Origin: Folioceros fuciformis
Taxonomy: Eukaryota
NCBI GenBank assembly: GCA_049999805.1
Contig: JBNGIO010006314.1
Span: 398,246 to 418,245 of the forward strand
Direction of reading: 5' to 3'
DNA: 20,000 nt
Under the pieces are notes generated by a model. The model was not told the DNA's origin and did no database searches. It was given only the letters and a program-made list of their open reading frames with translations. Of the stretch, positions 1 through 7,029 are shown piece after piece. The position numbers and the translations under genes are program-made. Each line of letters starts with the position of its first letter. Positions within the stretch are counted from its first letter, which is position 1.

Positions 1-505
1 GGGCACCACCCCGGCCAAAGCTCAAACGCGGTTCGGCTGACGTTGGCACACATATTCTGGAGCGGGATGCAATCCGACTCTGGAGAAGGATCCAATCCGG
101 TTCTTACTGGTCCCACTTCTCATTTGAACACACATATCCTAAAGGGTATGGAGAGCGGTAGTGCGCCCAGCCTATGGCTCCTCGGTCGAGTCACACCGGG
201 GCTCAAAACGCTGGGACAGTGTAGGCCGGGGGAATCGAGGAGCCGGTTTCGCGGGTGAAGCTTCGGAACATTGGGGCGTGTGTCGCACGAGTAGAAAAGT
301 GGAAGTGGACTAAGCAATAAAGCTATAAGGCGTAGCCTCTCCATCAAAGCATTGTGTGAAACAGCGCTAGAGCGCTTCGCTCCTATTGCATTGAGCGCGT
401 GGCTGGAAAGATTGGAGCACGTACCTGGAGCTTCCGCCTGCACACAATCTCGCCTGGAGGAGGCCTCCCTCAGCCATTGGCAAGCCATCAGTGCAGGTCC
501 AGTCG

Positions 506-1111
506 ATGCAGCAATCAGTGGCGAGGCGGGGGCACTCTGATATGCTGACGCGGCGGGATGACACGAGCCCGGAGTCACTTCGGTTGTTCGCCGACGTTCA
601 GCTTGACAGCCAGCAGCAGAAGCTACTGACGTTGTGCACCCTGGTCATGGGGTGTTCATTCGCCGCGATGATGCAGCCTCCGGGGGGCGTGAATACGGAC
701 AATACTAACTGTGACAAGGTGAAGTTGGGACAGGCGAATCTGTGGCCGAATTCGACGAATTTCTCTGTCTTCGTCGCCGCGAGTGGCTGCGCGATGGCGG
801 TTGCTTATTTCGCTGTCCTCATCTCGTTTGTGTTCCCGCCTAGGACGATTTGGTGGAGTGGGACAGCGCTCTGCTTTATTTCTGTCCAATGCCTCCTTGG
901 TGCATTTTGCGCATCGCTGTCGATCGTCGTGGGCCAGGAGGGGAGCATTTTCATCATCGGTGCTTTCTTGCTGAATCTCTGCTTTATCCTGCTCTTCATC
1001 TGGTGCAGCGTGTGCGCCAGGTGCAAGAGAATCTGGGACTCTACTACGCGTCCAAGGGCAGACATCTTACCGTCACACGGAGCAAGCGAGCAACTACCTT
1101 CAAACTTCTGA
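506..1111 (+). CDS. PGG-domain multi-pass membrane protein (the transmembrane module found in ankyrin-TM/ACD6-ITN1-type proteins); 5' end uncertain
   Basis: Translation has 'QQQKLLTLCTLVMGCSFAAMMQPPGG...NFSVFVAASGCAMAVAYFAVLI', matching the PGG pattern (LLvvAtLiatvtFaA...PPGG followed by F..F...a), then about 3 more hydrophobic helices. First in-frame ATG is at 506 (frame open from 395) and the stop is TGA at 1109-1111. No ankyrin repeats are visible in the window; upstream exons are possible. Confidence 0.75.
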   Translation: MQQSVARRGHSDMLTRRDDTSPESLRLFADVQLDSQQQKLLTLCTLVMGCSFAAMMQPPGGVNTDNTNCDKVKLGQANLWPNSTNFSVFVAASGCAMAVAYFAVLISFVFPPRTIWWSGTALCFISVQCLLGAFCASLSIVVGQEGSIFIIGAFLLNLCFILLFIWCSVCARCKRIWDSTTRPRADILPSHGASEQLPSNF

Positions 1112-1342
1112 AGGGGGTGGCTGTCTGTGACAATGGCAACGACACCGAGGGTTGTATCTGTGACCTGCGTACATGTTATACCTCCACTTTGACTGTGACC
1201 ACCGTAAATGTTGTACCTCTAATTGAGTTTATGACCTTTGTAAATAGTATATCTCTACAAATATTACGAGTTTGGATACAAGTTGGCTTTGGCTTTCACC
1301 GTATATGGTCCAAATTTTTGGACGTAACACATCCCTGTCATC

Positions 1343-1403
1343 CAGGTATCCCGATCGGGACACCTATATTGTGAGGTATCCCGATCGGGACACTTATATT
1401 GTG
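1343..1403. repeat. ~30 bp tandem duplication containing the palindrome TCCCGATCGGGA
   Basis: 'aggtatcccgatcgggacac(c/t)tatattgtg' occurs twice in tandem. Confidence 0.9.
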
Positions 1404-1544
1404 ATAATTTATCCCTCACATGTTTGGATCTGTCTCTCTCCACTCACTATCATTCACTTTCTTTTGTTGCAGTTAGGGCTTGTGGGTTCAGCATCCATGG
1501 TTTAGGATCCATCCTCTAGATGCAAGGTTTACAGCAGACCTCAA

Positions 1545-1642
1545 AATTCACCGTGCTGTCAACTATGCATACATCTCTCTCGCCTTTATGCACAATTCAC
1601 CGTGCTGTCAACTATGCATATGTCTCTCTCGCCTTCATGCAC
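1545..1642. repeat. ~49 bp tandem duplication
   Basis: 'aattcaccgtgctgtcaactatgcata..tctctctcgcctt.atgcac' occurs twice in tandem. Confidence 0.9.
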
Positions 1643-2040
1643 ACCCCTAACCAGCCTCGATTTCATTTCTGAGTTTTCTCTACTCCAATCCAAAACCTGC
1701 TGAAGGGGACATCCCTTCTTGCTATATAAAGGAACCATGCTGCTAATGTAAGTGTGTTGGTCTAGACCTAAACCCCAAATCGTAAATGACCTCTCTCTCA
1801 TGGTAGTGTCAATTGATGCATCTCTAAAACACTACCAAACCCTAAACCTTGCGAACCCCCAACATGTTTCATATGCGTAGTATATCTTGAAGCCATGATT
1901 TTATGATGAGGATGCATGAATCCAAATAAAAAACATAGTACGTGTTATGTATACCAGAAAAAGAAAAACATTATATTATTTGTTATAAATATTACATGTT
2001 ACTTGTTTTGTTTTAGGAAAATAAACACTCCCAAACACTA

Positions 2041-2226
2041 CTATGGCACTGGAGAGAGGAGTCTGGCAGAAAACTTTTTCTAAAGAGTGAGTCTGTCTAT
2101 GGCATACCAAATCGAAGAGAGGGGCCTAGTAGAAAACTTTTTCTAAAAAGTAAGTCTGTCTATGCCATACCAAACCGAAGAGAGGGGGCCTGGTAGAAAA
2201 CTTTTTCTAAAGAGTGAGTCTGTCTG
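2041..2226. repeat. Minisatellite, about 3 copies of a ~60 bp unit
   Basis: 'agaaaactttttctaaa(g/a)agt(g/a)agtctgtct' occurs 3 times, separated by 'atg(g/c)cataccaaa(t/c)cgaagagagggg(g)cct(a/g)gt'. Confidence 0.85.
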
Positions 2227-2321
2227 GTTTGGGCTTGAGCACAAATGTTTATCTTAAGAAGAAAAAAATCCAAACCGGGCCATTCATATGTTCGGTTGAA
2301 ATATTGTTTGGGGAATATCAC

Positions 2322-2421
2322 NNNNNNNNNNNNNNNNNNNNNNNNNNNNNNNNNNNNNNNNNNNNNNNNNNNNNNNNNNNNNNNNNNNNNNNNNNNNNNN
2401 NNNNNNNNNNNNNNNNNNNNN
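2322..2421. other. Assembly gap (100 N)
   Basis: Exactly 100 N, typically a placeholder of unknown true size. Confidence 0.99.
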
Positions 2422-3237
2422 CGATACAGCAGGCATCACACGTAGCGGCGATGCCTGATGTGACAAGCTCCTGCAGAAGAATGGTATAGTTTCCAGGACA
2501 AGTGTTGATGTTGATCATGGTGCCATGAAGCGAGGCTCCTATGGGAGGGCATTTGTGCGTTGGGGGTTTGCAATTCCTTTAGCTAGTGATGATTGGTTCC
2601 AACTGAATTTTCTGTTATGTGTGTGGAGTTAACCTTGTGACGTTTTGCACAGCAGTGCCAAGCTACAATGCTAGTGCCATCCCGCTGCACCCTAACCCCT
2701 AAACGATCAAACCCTAACCCGTGGAAGCTCCATGGATGAATGTAAAATGACATTCATTGAATGTTTGAGAATTGTTTTTAAGAAAAAACTTTAGAGAGAT
2801 TTGAGTGTCTAGTACTTTTAACAGTCTGTTTTGGGATGATGCCGAAAGCAGACATGCAAAACTAGCATCTTGGGGTATATTCCCTTACATACCCAATGTC
2901 AAAACAAAAAAATAGTACACCCTCTCCTCTATCCAGTTTAAGTATGCCAAACACTATAATCCAACTCTACTATTATAATATTCACAAGATAATATTCAAG
3001 TATTTGGAAGATTAATATGAACTTACTTGAACTTATATTTACTTTTAATTATATATTTAAAAATATAAAACTATATATATATTATGGTACATTAATATAC
3101 TTAAATACATTTTAAATTTTTATTCTCAAGACAAGGCGAATTCTCTAAGTATTAGGCTTCCCTAAATGTTACCCAATATCCTACTCCCAATAGGTGACAT
3201 TTAGGGAGGGTAGACAGTCCTACCCTTGGACTGTCTA

Positions 3238-3534
3238 GCCTGCCTACCCTCAGTCCTGGACCAAGGAGGGATAGCGCCTTTTTGCCACCCTTGGTCACTA
3301 AATACAATAAATATTAAGTAAATAATATATAAAGATAAAAATACAAATGTCTAGTATATTCCATCGTTAGTCGACTATACTATCTTAGTCCCTTAGACCG
3401 CCTCGCTTGCCTACCCTCGGTCCTGAACCAAGGAGGGACAGCACCCTTTTGCAACCCTTGGTCACTAAATATAATAAATATTAAGTGAATAATATAAAAA
3501 TATAAAAATACAAATACCTAGTATATTCTATCTT
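3238..3534. repeat. Direct duplication of a ~130 bp block at ~167 bp spacing
   Basis: 'tgcctaccctc(a/g)gtcctg(g/a)accaaggaggga...acccttggtcactaaata(c/t)aataaatattaagt...aaaaatacaaat..ctagtatatt' at about 3238-3365 and 3405-3534. Confidence 0.9.
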
Positions 3535-3650
3535 CGGGGCTGGTCTTTCCAGGCTTTACAAGTACCATTCCGATCTATCGCCTTAACACACGAACCATTA
3601 ATGGATACACTCATCAATTCATCAAGGATTAGAATATTAAGATATGTTAT

Positions 3651-3698
3651 TCATGACAAATCTTTTTTGAAAATCATGACAAATCTTTTTTGAAAAAT
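3651..3698. repeat. 23 bp tandem duplication
   Basis: 'tcatgacaaatcttttttgaaaa' occurs twice in tandem. Confidence 0.9.
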
Positions 3699-4473
3699 CC
3701 CCCGCTCACATATAGCATAGTAATATTACAAGGTATGACCGGACATAATTCCCAAAGACTTAACATAAAGGGGGTTCGTGCTTCTTACTCCTAAGTTGTT
3801 AAATATATTTTGTAAGCTACTAACTTCAAGATGGACACAAATGTTAGCAGCTTAACACACCTCATCAACTACAAAAGGGTTGATAACATTAGTATTTGTA
3901 CATGAAGAGTTAGTTCCAAACTTTTTCAACAATACTTCCAATAAACTATTAGTTAACTAGATACGCTCATGTGCATCTTAAGGATACAATTTGGGACTGA
4001 ATAGATGACAAACATGCAACACACAAAGATTAAGAACCTTATTATTCAATGCATCAACAATAGCTAAAGCATATTTGTTAGTACTAGCAATGCAAGAACT
4101 TAAATCGTAAGACCTAGCCCATGGATCCATGAGGTAAATGTCTTTTATTATGACCATACTAATTATAAGATGGATCTATGTGCTCACAATAATTATAAAT
4201 CCTTCGATATAAAACTAAATAATTTACTAGTTTTAAACCGAACGTTTTTTAACCTCAAGTCCCATGATTTTTCTAACACACATGGGGACTAGGACCAAGC
4301 TTGCCAAGGGATTAAAATGACACCATGAGTTGTGCAATTAGTTTTGGACTTTCAATTGGGTTAACTTATCATAGTTAAAACTATGGCTCAAGGTGCCGTT
4401 TGTCTTACGAACGTCGCTATGAAGGAAATTGTGGCTGCAGTTTATTGTCAGCCAGTAGGACAGGCCAAGTCGG

Positions 4474-4506
4474 CGGCGCATGAAATGGGCCGGGTCCAAA
4501 GTTGGT
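4474..4506 (+). mobile_element. Possible decayed Helitron 3' terminus
   Basis: GC-rich hairpin CGGCGCAT-GAA-ATGGGCCG (8 bp stem, 1 mismatch), a 9 nt spacer, then TTGG|T, which is one C>T change from the canonical CTRR|T end. AT-rich sequence follows. Confidence 0.35.
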
Positions 4507-4609
4507 AATCTTCATTAATAAATTAATATTATTTTATAAACTATATAATTTCCTTGTCCATTGGCCAGACACTCATTTGTTGTTTCACTTTTTACAGGGT
4601 GTGATGTGT

Positions 4610-4826
4610 GTCTCTCTTTGCCCTTTGTGTGATGTGTCTCTATCTTCTATATTTGGGAGAGGAGTTTTGGAGTTTTTGTATATATTTAAATATTAATGGA
4701 TCGATTATTAATATATATATACATATATATTCACTACATTGTTACGGTCTTGGGATCATCCTTCATTTGGACTTGTCGTCAAACTTCTATTTTCATTTAG
4801 TTTTCTTATTTGCCATGAGTGAGTTT
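4610..4826. repeat. Direct repeat R1 (~215 bp), immediately left of repeat copy B
   Basis: 'gtctctctttgccctttgtgtgatgtgtctctatcttctatatttgggaga...cttgtcgtcaaacttctattttcatttagttttcttatttg(c/t)catgagtg' is also found at 6263-6466. Confidence 0.9.
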
Positions 4827-4831
4827 GCCAC

Positions 4832-6251
4832 GACTCTACTACGTGTCCAAGGGCAGACATCTTACCGTCACACGGAGCTATCGTGCAACTACCTTAAAAC
4901 TTTTGAAGGGAGTGTCAGTCTGTTGACAATGGCAACGACACCAAGGGTTGTATGTCAGTGTGAACCGAGTCTGTGATCTGACCTGCGTAGATGTTATACC
5001 TCTACTTTGATTGTGACCTCCGTATATGTTATATCTCGACAAATGTTACGAGTTTGGATACTCCCCAAACATGGAACACTGATATGGTCATGCTGGCTTT
5101 CACCGTGTACGGTCCAAACTTTTGGACGTAACATATGCCCCCTTCGGCCATAGGGTGCCATCTAGGTGTCCACATTGGGATACCTTCAGTGTGATAATAT
5201 TTTATCCCTCGCACGTTCGGATATGTCTTTCTTTCACTTTCTTTTTTTGTGAGGGTTAGGGCTTGTGGGTTCAGCATCTATCCTCTAGATGCAAGGTTTA
5301 GAGCATACCTCAGCTTCACATTTAGAGGATACCTCAGCGTTCACCATGCTGTCATTTGTGCCACACATCTCTCTCGTCTCCATGCACACCCCTAACCAGC
5401 CTCAATTTCATTTCTAAGTTTTCGTCACTCCAATCTAGAACCTGCTGAAGGGGACATCCCTTCTTGCTATATAAAGGAACCATGTTGCTAATGTAAGTGT
5501 GTCGGTGTGCACGTCATGGACTAGACCTCAACCCAAAACCGTAAATGACCCTTCACAGCGGCGGCGTCAATCGGTGCATCTCTGAAACACTACCAACCCT
5601 TCACAACCAACCCTTCATAGTGGCGGCGTCAATCGGCGCATCTCTGAAACACTACCAACCCTTCACAACCAACCCTTCACAGCGGCGGTGCCAATCGGTG
5701 CATCTCTAAAACACTAACAAACCCTAACCCCTGCGAATCTCCGACATGTTTCATATGTGTGTAGTGTATCTTAAAACACTATGTGGCATCTTGATGTTTT
5801 ACGATGACGATGCATGAACCCAAATAACAAACATAGTACGTGTCCGTATTGATGCACATGCCCGTTATGAGAGAAAAGTCACTCTACTCCGTATTGATGC
5901 ACATGCCCGTTATGAGAGAACAGTCACTCTACTGTATACAGGTAGGTCCCGTGATGTGTCTGTGTTCAATATGGGAATTCGTAATACATTCTACTATATA
6001 TTCCTATACAAAATACGTATACCAGAAAAAAAAATGTTCACTACGGAAATATGTAATACATTCCATTGTATATTCCTATACAAAATACATATGCCAGAAA
6101 AACAAATTGGTGTGTCTAGGGTGTGTCCTAATCGGTATTCCATACCCAAAATCAGAAGTAAGGTTAAATAAACCCTAAACCCTAAACCCTTTTTCTATAA
6201 TATTATATGTTTCACCACTATGGCATATCAATATTGTTTGAAGAATATCAC
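4832..6251. repeat. Copy B of the dispersed ~1.3-1.4 kb repeat, with its own internal tandem duplications
   Basis: Colinear with 1037-2321. Internal arrays: about 3 x ~62 bp at 5549-5720 ('ggcgg.g.caatcgg.gcatctct.aaacacta.caa'), 2 x 45 bp at 5843-5933 ('tccgtattgatgcacatgcccgttatgagagaa.agtcactctac') and 2 x ~72 bp at about 5981-6105. Confidence 0.9.
6169..6190. repeat. Short interstitial plant telomere-type repeat (AAACCCT)3
   Basis: 'taaaccctaaaccctaaaccct'. Single or degenerate copies also occur at about 1837, 2690-2720 and 5719. Confidence 0.8.
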
Positions 6252-6262
6252 TGGACATGGGA

Positions 6263-6466
6263 GTCTCTCTTTGCCCTTTGTGTGATGTGTCTCTATCTTC
6301 TATATTTGGGAGAAGAGGTTTGGAGTTTTTGTATATTTTTATATATTAATGGATCAATTATTATATATATTTTTAACTATATTATTATGGTCTTGGGATC
6401 TTCATTCACTTGTCGTCAAACTTCTATTTTCATTTAGTTTTCTTATTTGTCATGAGTGGAGTTTTG
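6263..6466. repeat. Direct repeat R2 (~200 bp), immediately right of repeat copy B
   Basis: Second copy of 4610-4826 with small indels in the TA-rich middle. Confidence 0.9.
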
Positions 6467-6504
6467 GAAGAGTTATCATCTAAGAAGAAGATGAACAGAG
6501 ATTC

Positions 6505-6770
6505 CTCAACAAATCACGTTATAGAGAGGAGAGATATTCATAAAAGTTTCTTTGACAAATCATACTATGGAGAGATATTTGTGGAAGTTTCCTTTGATTA
6601 ATCATGATATGGAGAGATATTTGTGGAAGTTTCCTCGACAAACCACATTATGGAGAGAGATTCCTGACAAATCACTTTATGTAGAGATATTCACACACAA
6701 GCACGAGAGTTCCCAGTTAAGGTCCAAATGCACACAAGAGCTCCCAGTTAAGGTCCAAATGCACACAAGT
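6505..6770. repeat. Degenerate ~42 bp minisatellite followed by a ~30 bp tandem duplication
   Basis: Recurring 'acaaatca...tatggagagatatttgtggaagtttcct' units, then 'gag(t/c)tcccagttaaggtccaaatgcacacaa' twice. Confidence 0.8.
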
Positions 6771-7029
6771 TGATGAACCGTTAGAAAGTTGATGTACCGG
6801 GTAACTGTGGTTGGAAGGGTCAGATCAGGGGCGCAGTAACTTTTGAGACAATATGTACCGGTCAGAGTAACAGAAAATTTCATGACTTAAGGAGGGGAAA
6901 AAGGGAAGGTTTCCTTCTACACTGAATTGGACCACCGAGGACATCTCCGACGGGTTCACCCATGCAAGGGAGCACCAACGCTACCCACACTACTTTGACT
7001 CCCTGTACATACTACAGAAGCATAGTTGC

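Larger units (their letters stand above)
1037..2321. repeat. Copy A of a dispersed ~1.3-1.4 kb repeat (copy B at 4832-6251), probably a non-autonomous TE or segmental duplication
   Basis: 'gactctactacg(c/t)gtccaagggcagacatcttaccgtcacacggagc' starts both copies. They share colinear blocks such as 'acctgctgaaggggacatccccttcttgctatataaaggaaccatg' and 'catagtacgtgt', and both end in 'aatattgtttg(gg/aa)gaatatcac', where copy A runs into the gap. Confidence 0.9.

Noticed and set aside
43..578. Short ORFs on both strands at the left edge
   Set aside because: No recognisable domain; they overlap each other and several start at non-ATG codons.
850..1374. 174 aa alternative-frame ORF overlapping the PGG gene
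   Set aside because: Shadow frame running into repeat DNA; the homologous frame in copy B is interrupted by a stop.
2041..2226. Regularly spaced ~30 bp conserved blocks resembling a CRISPR array (also 5549-5720)
   Set aside because: The intervening 'spacers' are near-identical to each other, the context is a plant genome and there are no cas genes; these are ordinary minisatellites.
4610..6466. Intact LTR retrotransposon or TRIM
   Set aside because: No shared TG..CA ends, PBS, PPT, TSD or gag/pol remnants; kept only as an unclassified repeat.
4502..6883. Multiple 60-120 aa ORFs in the AT-rich block
   Set aside because: They are translations of tandem or low-complexity repeats, with no transposase, RT or helicase motifs seen.
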